Assembly: GCA_041664165.1 (NCBI GenBank)
Contig: JBAYLH010000004.1
Span: 11,974 to 75,973, forward strand
Reading direction: 5' to 3'
From: Candidatus Buchananbacteria bacterium
Lineage (GTDB): Bacteria; Patescibacteriota; Patescibacteriia; Buchananbacterales; UBA6539
Length of the DNA stretch: 64,000 nucleotides
Shown here: piece after piece, positions 54,724 to 63,227 of the stretch
Layout of the letters: every line of letters starts with the position of its first letter
Numbering within the stretch: position 1 is the stretch's first letter
Notes under the pieces: generated by a model
Database searches by the model: none
Told to the model about the DNA's origin: nothing
What the model saw: the letters and a program-made list of their open reading frames with translations, nothing else
Made by a program: the position numbers and the translations under genes

Positions 54724-55645
54724 TGTATAGTGGCCGATTCATCGCTTCGCTTTGGATACTGCCAATATACAAAGCAATTAGGCCGAGGCAGCTCAAAATT
54801 ATGCCGGTCATAAATAAATTAATTACCGCCAAAATCGCCGACCCGGAGAAATTAAATCCCGTCACATCGCCTAGAATGTATTTATCGATAAAAATAAATA
54901 AACCCAGCGGCCCGGAAAACAAAATTATTAATACCCCTAAATAGCCGGCAAATTTCAAAGGAAAAAGGCTATGGGAAATAAAAGCTGAAACTGACAAATG
55001 CAAAAGCTTCAACCGGTTGTAAGAAGCTTGGCCGTTAGCCCGTTGGTTTGGCGTAAAATAAATATAGTCTTTACTAAAACCCAGCCAGTCTAAAAGCCCG
55101 CGGGCAATTCGGCCGTGTTCGGTAAACCGGTTAAATTCGTTAATGACTTTTCGGTCGATTAAACGGAAATCGGTTGCCCGAGCCGAAATTTTTGTCTCGC
55201 CGATGAAATCCATAATTTTGTAAAAGGCCAAAGAACCAACTTTTTTGATTAAACCAGAGCGCTTACTTTTTTCTCTGACGCCGATAACCATCTCCGCCCC
55301 GGCTTGCCATTTTTCAACAAACTGAGGAATTAATTCAACGGGGTGCTGCAAATCAGCGTCAATAATTATTGCCGCCTCGCCCTTGGCATTATGCAAACCG
55401 GCGGTAACGGCGATTTCCTTGCCGAAATTACGGGAAAAATCTAAATAGCTTACCCGGCTGTCAATCTTTGTTAATTCATTAATTTTTTCAAGACTTTGAT
55501 CAATTGAACCGTCATTAACAAAAATAATTTCATAACTAAAACCCGAGCCTAACCGGTTCAGCTCAGGCATCAAGGCTTGATAAATTAACGGAATATTATC
55601 CTGTTCGTTGCAAATCGGGATAATAATAGAAAGTAATTTATTCAT
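54692..55645 (-). CDS. polyprenol-phosphate glycosyltransferase (GT2, GtrB/DPM1-like, C-terminal TM pair)
   Basis: 317 aa; SIIIPICNEQDNIPLIY...IFVNDGSID...IIIDADLQHP; two C-terminal TM helices. Confidence 0.75.
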   Translation of the reverse strand: MNKLLSIIIPICNEQDNIPLIYQALMPELNRLGSGFSYEIIFVNDGSIDQSLEKINELTKIDSRVSYLDFSRNFGKEIAVTAGLHNAKGEAAIIIDADLQHPVELIPQFVEKWQAGAEMVIGVREKSKRSGLIKKVGSLAFYKIMDFIGETKISARATDFRLIDRKVINEFNRFTEHGRIARGLLDWLGFSKDYIYFTPNQRANGQASYNRLKLLHLSVSAFISHSLFPLKFAGYLGVLIILFSGPLGLFIFIDKYILGDVTGFNFSGSAILAVINLFMTGIILSCLGLIALYIGSIQSEAMNRPLYIVREKKNFNR

Positions 55646-55770
55646 AAATATTAATAAAATGGCTTAATTTGGATAAAATTTAATTGATATCTTAACTCGA
55701 TTGAACCAGATAATATATCAAAAAACTGCTTAAAAGTCAATAGCGACAATATTTGCGACAATATTTGATT

Positions 55771-55805
55771 TAAAAAACAAATACCCGACGCTAGCTAGCG
55801 GGTAT
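55771..55805 (-). terminator. terminator downstream of the CAP-domain gene 55834..57735
   Basis: AUACCCG-(ACGCUAGCUAG)-CGGGUAU hairpin; minus strand followed by UUGUUUUUU. Confidence 0.5.
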
Positions 55806-55833
55806 TAATTTCCCTCCGATAATCATAAATTTT

Positions 55834-57735
55834 TTAAATAATAATCAAAATCGCGACTAGAGTAATAAACCCTAAAGTTGATAAAATAAGATGAGGATAT
55901 TGTTTTTTAATTTCAATAAAAATACTAAGCAACAAAGAAATCACGGCAACAACTAAAATAATTTCATAATACCAGCTGGAAACATCAAAAATCAGCTCAA
56001 CATTTTTTAGCGGATATGATTTAATAAATAAGTATTGCTTGATCAGCGAAGGCTTGACCGGAATAATATTTTCCCAGCCCAAATCAATAGTCTCGGCATT
56101 GCCATACTTGTCCTCAACCGTTAAGCTGGGCAAAGTAATGGTATCAAAAACTTTATTTTCAATATTTTTGTAAACTATCATCTGGCCTTCCCATTCTTGA
56201 AAGCCGCCCGATTCCGATTCGGCCGGCGCTAAAGCAATCCGATAATTATCAAAATTAACTTCCGCTTTAACCGCATCGGAGTTTAAATAGACTATTGCTT
56301 TGATAATCTTATCGGCTTGGTTGGTCGGCGAGACTAAAACCACTTTGCTTTTCTGTAAATCAATTTCCGGCGGCGTGCCGTCAACCATTAATTCATAAAT
56401 CGCTGAACTACTATTTTGTTCACCCTTAATCGCGGTAAACTTAATTTTTTGTTCGCCGCCCGGAAAGCTGACTGAAAAATCAAAAAAATCGCTTTGCCAG
56501 GATTGACGTTTAGCCATTTCGACGCCATTACTATAAAGCGTTACTGTTTCCGCTTTCGGTGCGTAAACGATGAATTTAACCGCTTCATTAATTCCGGCCG
56601 AATTACTGCTTGAAAAAATCATCACCGGCGCGGCTAAAACTTCCTTAATCTCCGGCTGAACCGGCAAAGGCTGTTCTAGTGGTTTTACCGGCGCGGCTAA
56701 AACTGCTTTAACCTCAGGTTTGACTGGTAAAGGTTTTACTACCGGTTTTGCCGGCAGGGTTTGATTGATATTTGCCGGTATCGGTTTCACTGCCACTTTT
56801 GCCGGCGGCGGCACTGGCGCCGGTTTAGCTACATTAGTATTAGTTTTTTGCTCGCTTAAAACATTAGCTGGTTTATTCACCGCCGCATTAACTAGTTGGA
56901 TATTGGTATTAGTTATCGCTGGTTCCGGCTTGACTTGAACTGACGGTTCAACCGGTTTTTCGTTTTCCCGCCAATTACCCGCGCTCGGAGCGGCAAGATA
57001 CTGAGCCACCAAGGTCGTATCGTGCTGATTATAATTGCCGGAAATCATGCCAACGCCAATTTCGGAAAAATCCGGATCAATCAAATTGGCATAATGAGTT
57101 TTGCTTCTCGTCCAGGCCGCCACCACTTCATCGGCGCTGGCAAAACCCATGGCTAAATTTTCCCCGGCCACATCGTATTTATAGCCAATGTTGGCAATCC
57201 AATCGGCTAAATCCTTGTTATCCGGTCCGATATGAGCAAAATATTGATTAATTAGCATGTCTTGAGCCTTGGCAAAAGCGGCTTGGTCTAATAGACTGCT
57301 TTCTTTGACTATCGGCACTTTTAAATTCTGTCTGATCCGATTGGTTAATTCAACGACTCTTCGGCTTTCTTGAACCATTAAATTCGGAGTTAGCCAGGCA
57401 CCGGCCGGAAAAAACAAAACAAAGCCGGTAACAACGGCTTGAACCAGCAAAACCGCCACGGTATAAAAAAGCAGCCGGCGCGGCCTTAAAATATAAGGCT
57501 GATAATTGTTGCCGGCATAAGGAATGAATAAATCTTTTAAATCAAGCGGGTCTAACGGATTACGGCCCTGTTTAACTTCGTCGCCATCGGAAACTCCGTC
57601 TTGATCAGTATCGGGATTATTAGGATCAGTCCCGTAGATATTGATTTCTTCATAATCAGTCAAACCATCCTTATCGCTGTCAATATTCAATAAGTTGATA
57701 TAAACTGGTGATTTTTTTCCTTTATTTCTACTCAT
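55834..57735 (-). CDS. CAP (SCP/PR-1-like) domain protein with N-terminal thrombospondin-type-3-like Asp-rich repeats, proline-rich linker and C-terminal TM anchor
   Basis: 633 aa; [12 protein letters not shown]...[17 protein letters not shown]; [15 protein letters not shown] + TM; CAP core [10 protein letters not shown]...GENLA...[16 protein letters not shown]; tandem KP(L/V)PV(K/Q)PE(V/I)K repeats. Confidence 0.65.
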   Translation of the reverse strand: MSRNKGKKSPVYINLLNIDSDKDGLTDYEEINIYGTDPNNPDTDQDGVSDGDEVKQGRNPLDPLDLKDLFIPYAGNNYQPYILRPRRLLFYTVAVLLVQAVVTGFVLFFPAGAWLTPNLMVQESRRVVELTNRIRQNLKVPIVKESSLLDQAAFAKAQDMLINQYFAHIGPDNKDLADWIANIGYKYDVAGENLAMGFASADEVVAAWTRSKTHYANLIDPDFSEIGVGMISGNYNQHDTTLVAQYLAAPSAGNWRENEKPVEPSVQVKPEPAITNTNIQLVNAAVNKPANVLSEQKTNTNVAKPAPVPPPAKVAVKPIPANINQTLPAKPVVKPLPVKPEVKAVLAAPVKPLEQPLPVQPEIKEVLAAPVMIFSSSNSAGINEAVKFIVYAPKAETVTLYSNGVEMAKRQSWQSDFFDFSVSFPGGEQKIKFTAIKGEQNSSSAIYELMVDGTPPEIDLQKSKVVLVSPTNQADKIIKAIVYLNSDAVKAEVNFDNYRIALAPAESESGGFQEWEGQMIVYKNIENKVFDTITLPSLTVEDKYGNAETIDLGWENIIPVKPSLIKQYLFIKSYPLKNVELIFDVSSWYYEIILVVAVISLLLSIFIEIKKQYPHLILSTLGFITLVAILIII

Positions 57736-57797
57736 TTAAACCTGGTTATTAATGATATTTTTATTAAATCATAATTTAACAAATTTGTCAAATTTTT

Positions 57798-57841
57798 AAA
57801 AAAAAGACCTCTGGAAATTCTTTTTGGGAATCACCAGAGGC
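57798..57841 (-). terminator. rho-independent terminator of the high-GC lipoprotein gene
   Basis: Minus strand GCCUCUGG...CCAGAGGUC then U8. Confidence 0.6.
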
Positions 57842-57882
57842 GTAATTGAATTACTTTTGTCCGCAATCCTCCTTTGAGCGGA

Positions 57883-60800
57883 CTAGTGTTGGCGGATGAC
57901 GCTTTGAACCGCCAAACTGTGCGGAATTTCCGGTGGCGTGGTCTGCGCTACCGGGTCATGGCCGCAAAGCGGAACAGATTCACCATTGGCCACCAGAAAC
58001 GCCATGATATCGGTCGCATTGGCATCACTGGAAACCGTGACGATGTTGCACGCCCAACTTCCGTCGGCATTGATCGTCGTCAGCGGGGTCTGCCAGGCGG
58101 GTTTGATGCTCCAGAGAGTGGTCACCTTGATGTATACGGCGATCTTGAACATTGCCGGATCCACGCCGGTTACTACGCCCTGTAGCGAGCCGTTGACGGC
58201 ACCATAAGGCGGTACCGAGGTGAACATAATCCTCGGCGTCCGGTCGACCCAAGCCCGAGCCAAAACCTGCGAATCAGGGATTGACGGCGGGGCTTCGGTG
58301 CCGATGAGTTCCGGCGCCGTAACGTTATTGGCGATCAGAAATGCCAGAATCTCGCCGGCATACTGATCGCGCCCACCTGTAACAATGTTGCACGCCCAGG
58401 TCCTATCGGGGTTGGGAATCGTATAGCGACTCCCGCCGAAGTCCGGCTTGGTCCACCAACGCTTGACGCCGGCATCATCAGCCACGCGGATATAAACGGC
58501 AATCCGCGCCGCTGCCGGATCAATATTCCGGACGTTACCCTGGAGCGAGAAGTCCTCCACATTGCCGAACTCCGGAATGTGGCGGTTAAAGTCAATCGTC
58601 GGCAAGCCGGCTGGGTTGACCGTAACATGGACTACCTGCGAAGCGAAGTTCCCCGAGCTGTCGGTGAGCTTCACCGTGATCGTGGTATTCCCCGCCGTGG
58701 TTTTGGCCGTAACCGTCATCTTGGTTCCCACAATGGAAACCGTGATTAGGCCGCTGTCAAAACCAGTCGCTGACCAAACCGGCGCCGGGTCATAGCTGTC
58801 CGAACCAGCCAAGGTGACTTCAACGGAAGCCTCCTGGTCTAGCGTGATGTCGGCAAGCGGGTTAATAATCGGCCTAGTCGTATCGACGACATACACCGTT
58901 CTCGTCTTCGGTACGGCAACATTGCCAGAACCGTCATGAACGTTGTACGTCAATGCGTGTTGGCCGACGTGATGGATATCGACGGTGCCGGTAATAACTA
59001 TGGCTGCCGTCAAATTGCCATCATTGTCATCGGTGGCGGTTGCTCCGGGATCCGTATATTGCGCCGCGGAATTAACCTCCACAGTTTGCGGATTTTGTCC
59101 CAAAAGCGTAATCACCGGCGGCGTCGTATCCGCAGCGCGAACCACATGAACGACCCGAGTCGCTGTTGCCGTGTTGCCGGCCGCATCAGACACCGTATAG
59201 GTAATCGTGTAATTACCGACCACCGAAGTATTCACCGTGCTGACATAGGTAATGTTGGTGCTAATGTCGCCGTCATAGTTGTCGACGGCATGTGCTCCCA
59301 GGTGTGGATATGAGCCAGAACCAACCAGCACGGTATCCGGGTTATAACCCAAAATCGTAATGACCGGTGGCGTGGTGTCCGTAGCGCGAACGACGTGAAC
59401 CATGCGCGTTACCGGCATGGCTGAGTTACCGGCGGTATCGCTGACGTTGTAGGTCAGCACATAGTTGCCGATTACGGTCATGTTGACCGTACCAGCAACC
59501 ACGATCCGGCTCGTGATATTGCCATCGACATCGTCGGTGGCGGTTGCACCCGGGTCACTGAAATGGGATGCGGAGTAGACCTCGACAGTCATTTCCGCCG
59601 TTCCCAATCTGGTGATAACCGGCGGGATGATATCTCTGCCAACACCACGGTTAACCCAGACGTACGCCACGGCGCCGAAATCTTCCGGCGTCGGCAACGT
59701 TGTCTGACCGTTTAAGGTGGGCACTACGCACCAGAAAGGCACCAGGTAGGCCCAGATTTCGGTCGCGTTCTGATCGTTACCGCCTGTCGTAATGTCACAG
59801 GCCCAACGACCGTCGCTACCGATATCGCTTAGCGGGTTTCCAAACGATGGTTTAGTCCACCACCCGCCGCCGACACGCTCGACTACGGCCACTCGGAATA
59901 GCTCCTGATGGATGCTGGAAGCCACGCCTTTAAGAATACCTTCCGTATCGCCGTAAACTGGCACATACGTGAAGGCGATCAGCGGCACACGGCTAATAGC
60001 GACCGACGCAACCGCGTCATCAAGGCACGGAATATCACCGCCGCAAACCGCTTTGGTCGGCCTGATCTCGCAGGGAACAGAAGTTCCCACAGGAACCAGA
60101 TATGCGATAACTTGCGATGCCCTCTCATCGTCAGGCATCATCGTGATGTCGCACGACCAGGTCCCGTCGGTATTTACTAGTACCAAGACACCACAGTTCG
60201 GTTTCAAGTGCAGGACACCATCTACTTTTTTAATGTAAACGGCGACGCGGTAATTGCCGAGCTGAGCCGACGGAATTCCGGTAATGACTCCGTGAGCCAT
60301 ACCATTCTGGTCGCCGTAGGCCGAAACCTCAGTGAAGTTAATGCTACCGTTGGTATCGTAGTCGCCATGATCAACCGGCACTCTCACCGCGTATGCCGAG
60401 GCCAAAGTACCAGCGACGTACGGCTGCTGCCCAATTGAAGTACTAGGCAGCACTGCTGTCTTGGGAACGACTACGGCCAGATACTGATCGGCCAAATGGT
60501 CGCTACCGCCCGTGGTCACATCGGTTCCCCAGTTACCGCCGATAATCGGCGTAAAACCGGCTTGGCCGTAACCTGGCTTGATATACCAAACACCTTGGTA
60601 AGACAGGTAGACGGCGACGGCATAGTTACTGAGCTGGTCAACCGGAACGCCGGTAACCACCCCGTACAAGATGCCGTTAAGATCGCCGAATTCCGGAACA
60701 TCCGTGAATCTGATGTTCACGTTTTCGACTGTTCCGGGTTGACCAGGAATGGGATCGAGAAATACCTCCGCCGGCACAAACTGCCGCGGCGGTACCTCGT

Positions 60801-61344
60801 TGGAAATCCCAGTCACCCTGACTTTGTAGGTGCCGGGGTCGAGGTTTTCGAATACGGCAAACAGATAGGCTCCGTCGCCGTGAACAATTTCCATTGTCTG
60901 CACCCTCGCCGTCACCGAGGTAACATTGAGTTGGTGTGACATCGCGTACGCGTATGGAAGCGGAAAATACCGCCCCTGATAGTCATACACATAGTAACAT
61001 CCTTGGAACCAGTAAACGGGCTGATTTTGATAATTCATGTCCACGCGATGAAGCGTGACATTTTCCACGACCCCGAATTGGGTCGTGTATACCGCGTCCT
61101 CGGGCATCCATTGCCCGGCCGCGGAGAGGGACATCAGTTGGAACGTCACCTTCTGGACGTTGTCGTTTTTGACAAACGCCCGCGCGTCCCAGGTGCCATC
61201 AGGCCGCTGAACCGTATCCGCTTCGTAATCAAAAGCCGGAGCCGGTGTTACTTGTTGAACCGGCGGGCAGCCCGGAAGCACACCCGCGACGATAAACATC
61301 ATCGCCAGTAACACTGTCATTCTCAGTATCTTCATCTTGGTCAC
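57883..61344 (-). CDS. giant secreted repeat lipoprotein (five ~90-aa repeats + three Ig-like/DUF5011-like domains); compositionally foreign (high GC)
   Basis: 1153 aa. Lipobox VLPGC. Repeats of the form F(T)xVPxYGxxxGxLxGVxxG...AVYIxV...WxxKP...WACNIVTGG...AFLVAN; PPVIT...DPGATATDDxDGN(I/L)T modules x3. The ORF is ~58% GC against ~40% flanks. AAGGAG SD 9 nt upstream. Confidence 0.7.
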   Translation of the reverse strand: MTKMKILRMTVLLAMMFIVAGVLPGCPPVQQVTPAPAFDYEADTVQRPDGTWDARAFVKNDNVQKVTFQLMSLSAAGQWMPEDAVYTTQFGVVENVTLHRVDMNYQNQPVYWFQGCYYVYDYQGRYFPLPYAYAMSHQLNVTSVTARVQTMEIVHGDGAYLFAVFENLDPGTYKVRVTGISNEVPPRQFVPAEVFLDPIPGQPGTVENVNIRFTDVPEFGDLNGILYGVVTGVPVDQLSNYAVAVYLSYQGVWYIKPGYGQAGFTPIIGGNWGTDVTTGGSDHLADQYLAVVVPKTAVLPSTSIGQQPYVAGTLASAYAVRVPVDHGDYDTNGSINFTEVSAYGDQNGMAHGVITGIPSAQLGNYRVAVYIKKVDGVLHLKPNCGVLVLVNTDGTWSCDITMMPDDERASQVIAYLVPVGTSVPCEIRPTKAVCGGDIPCLDDAVASVAISRVPLIAFTYVPVYGDTEGILKGVASSIHQELFRVAVVERVGGGWWTKPSFGNPLSDIGSDGRWACDITTGGNDQNATEIWAYLVPFWCVVPTLNGQTTLPTPEDFGAVAYVWVNRGVGRDIIPPVITRLGTAEMTVEVYSASHFSDPGATATDDVDGNITSRIVVAGTVNMTVIGNYVLTYNVSDTAGNSAMPVTRMVHVVRATDTTPPVITILGYNPDTVLVGSGSYPHLGAHAVDNYDGDISTNITYVSTVNTSVVGNYTITYTVSDAAGNTATATRVVHVVRAADTTPPVITLLGQNPQTVEVNSAAQYTDPGATATDDNDGNLTAAIVITGTVDIHHVGQHALTYNVHDGSGNVAVPKTRTVYVVDTTRPIINPLADITLDQEASVEVTLAGSDSYDPAPVWSATGFDSGLITVSIVGTKMTVTAKTTAGNTTITVKLTDSSGNFASQVVHVTVNPAGLPTIDFNRHIPEFGNVEDFSLQGNVRNIDPAAARIAVYIRVADDAGVKRWWTKPDFGGSRYTIPNPDRTWACNIVTGGRDQYAGEILAFLIANNVTAPELIGTEAPPSIPDSQVLARAWVDRTPRIMFTSVPPYGAVNGSLQGVVTGVDPAMFKIAVYIKVTTLWSIKPAWQTPLTTINADGSWACNIVTVSSDANATDIMAFLVANGESVPLCGHDPVAQTTPPEIPHSLAVQSVIRQH

Positions 61345-61564
61345 TCCTTTTCTTTTGTGCCGTCATTGGCACGTTGGACTCAACCTTGCACCCTCAACAA
61401 ACGCTAAAACCGCCTCATTGGCGGTTCTCATAGCTAACTTTTAGTTTTTCCTTTTTCTCCTTTACTCATACTCATCAAATTGTCAAGCTACCATCCGCAT
61501 CAATCAGCCTTTTATTTTACGCTAATTTTAGTTGTTTTGTCAAGTTAAAGTCTTGTTAAGCTAA

Positions 61565-61600
61565 TAACAAAAATTCTCTGATTTAAGAGAATTTTTGTTG
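61565..61600 (-). terminator. terminator downstream of the 61617..61955 gene
   Basis: AAAAAUUCUCU-GAUUUA-AGAGAAUUUUU, perfect 11-bp stem, U-rich 3' side on the minus strand. Confidence 0.5.
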
Positions 61601-61616
61601 ATTTGATTATTAAATT

Positions 61617-61955
61617 TTAGTCCTTGGTAATCTTACCCAAAACAAACATGATTATTGACAAAACAAGACTGAATAACAGCGCCCATAAAAACCCGGCCAC
61701 TTTAAATCCGGGCACAATCGCGCCAGTCAGCATTACCAAAGCGGCATTAATCACCAAGGTGAATAAGCCAAGCGTCAAAACATTAATCGGCAAAGTCAGG
61801 ATTACCAAAACCGGTTTCAAAATCGCGTTAAGCAAACCTAAAATCAAAGCGGCCACCAGCGCGGCGAAAATATCAGTAATCGCAATACCAGGCAATAAAT
61901 AAGCCGTGATAATAACGGCCAAAGTTGCCACTAACCATTTGAGTAAAAATTTCAT
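61617..61955 (-). CDS. small four-helix membrane protein (DUF360/holin-4-like family, tentative)
   Basis: 112 aa; four hydrophobic helices; LPGIAITD...LKPVLVILTLPINVLTLGLFTLVINA. Confidence 0.4.
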   Translation of the reverse strand: MKFLLKWLVATLAVIITAYLLPGIAITDIFAALVAALILGLLNAILKPVLVILTLPINVLTLGLFTLVINAALVMLTGAIVPGFKVAGFLWALLFSLVLSIIMFVLGKITKD

Positions 61956-61965
61956 ATATTTAAAA

Positions 61966-63213
61966 TTAATTTAAGCCGATAATTGAAGAAAAAACCAAAA
62001 CCACGGTCGCGGCGATGATGCCAAAAATTGTCGCCCAAGAGATTAGATTATCAAACCAGCTATTAACTTGTTCGCCCATAATCCTTTTATTATTAATAAT
62101 CAGCATCACGAAAATTAGAATAAACGGCAGTAAAATTCCATTGACATCCTGGGATAAAATCATAATATTGATTAAAGAAATTTTGGGAATAATGACGATT
62201 AGCGCCGGAATTAAGATGCTGGCGGCAATAATTGAATAAAAGGCCTTGGCATCTTTCCACTTCGTATTAAAACCATATTCCCAGCCAGCGGCCTCGCAAA
62301 TCGCATAAGCCGTGGCCGTCGGTAAAATAAAAGCCCCTAAAACCGAGGCGGCAAATAAGCCAAAAGCGAATAAGACCTCGGCTAAATGTCCGGCTAGCGG
62401 CTCAAGGGCAATGGCGGCATCTTTGGCGTCGGTAATTCTGATGCCATGTTGGTATAAAGTTGCCGCCGTACAAATAATAATAAAAAAACTGACAATGTCA
62501 GTGATAAAAGCGCCCAGATAAACTTCCGCTTTTTCCGCCTTGTAATGTTTAATTTCCAAACCCTTGTCGACCACGTAAGACTGAATAAAAAACTGGCCCC
62601 AAGGAGTAATCGTGGTGCCAATTAAAGCAATCATGGTGAGTAAAAACGGCGTCGTCCATTCAAGAGTCGGCTTGAACATACTCGCAAAAGCCTGGCCGAA
62701 ATCGGGTTTAATAATAAAACCGTTGATAATGTAAACAATGTAAAAGGCCGAAAAAATCAAAAAAATCTTTTGCGTCGTTTTGAAAGAACCTTTGTACAAA
62801 ATAAACCAGATGATAAAAGCGGCAATCGGCACGGCGACATATTTGGAAATTCCTAAAATTGAAAGCGAAGCGCCAATCCCGGCGAATTCGGCCGTCATTG
62901 TTCCTAAATTGGCAATTAGCATGGTAACCATGGCAAAGGCGGTCCAGCGAACGCCGAAATTTTCCCGAATGATCCCGCCCAAACCCTGGCGCGTTACCAG
63001 CCCGATTCGAATTCCCATTTCCTGAGTTACCGCCAAAGAAAAAGTGATCAGTAAAAGCACCCAAAGCATTTTGGTGCCGAAATGGGCGCCGACAATCGAA
63101 TAAGTGGTAATGCCGCCGGCATCATTATCAGCATTGGCGGAAATAATACCGGGGCCAACCACGCTAAAGAAAAATAATAATTTTATCCAGTTGCGCCGTA
63201 ACTTTTTTTTCAT
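61966..63213 (-). CDS. NRAMP/SLC11-family transporter with non-canonical metal-site residues (DPGN->DAGG; MPH->LPT)
   Basis: 415 aa, ~11 TM. GPGIISANADNDAGGITTYSIVGAHFGTKMLWV aligns to MntH [33 protein letters not shown]. TM6 GAFILPTATAY aligns to GATVMPHAIYL. Confidence 0.65.
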   Translation of the reverse strand: MKKKLRRNWIKLLFFFSVVGPGIISANADNDAGGITTYSIVGAHFGTKMLWVLLLITFSLAVTQEMGIRIGLVTRQGLGGIIRENFGVRWTAFAMVTMLIANLGTMTAEFAGIGASLSILGISKYVAVPIAAFIIWFILYKGSFKTTQKIFLIFSAFYIVYIINGFIIKPDFGQAFASMFKPTLEWTTPFLLTMIALIGTTITPWGQFFIQSYVVDKGLEIKHYKAEKAEVYLGAFITDIVSFFIIICTAATLYQHGIRITDAKDAAIALEPLAGHLAEVLFAFGLFAASVLGAFILPTATAYAICEAAGWEYGFNTKWKDAKAFYSIIAASILIPALIVIIPKISLINIMILSQDVNGILLPFILIFVMLIINNKRIMGEQVNSWFDNLISWATIFGIIAATVVLVFSSIIGLN

Positions 63214-63227
63214 AATAAAATCGAGTT

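Noticed and set aside
55741-55766. Mini tandem repeat gcgacaatattt x2
   Set aside because: Only two copies, AT-rich intergenic; likely incidental.
57883-61344. Numerous short ORFs on both strands inside the high-GC gene (e.g. 57874..58185, 58936..59313, 60496..60939)
   Set aside because: High GC suppresses stop codons in all frames. The single long minus-strand ORF with lipobox, SD and repeat architecture explains the region.
57798-61400. Interpreting the high-GC island as an assembly chimera
   Set aside because: Both flanks are AT-rich with host-typical SD, promoter-like and terminator signals placed correctly relative to the ORF, and neighbouring genes continue in the same orientation. 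HGT is more parsimonious, but coverage should still be checked.
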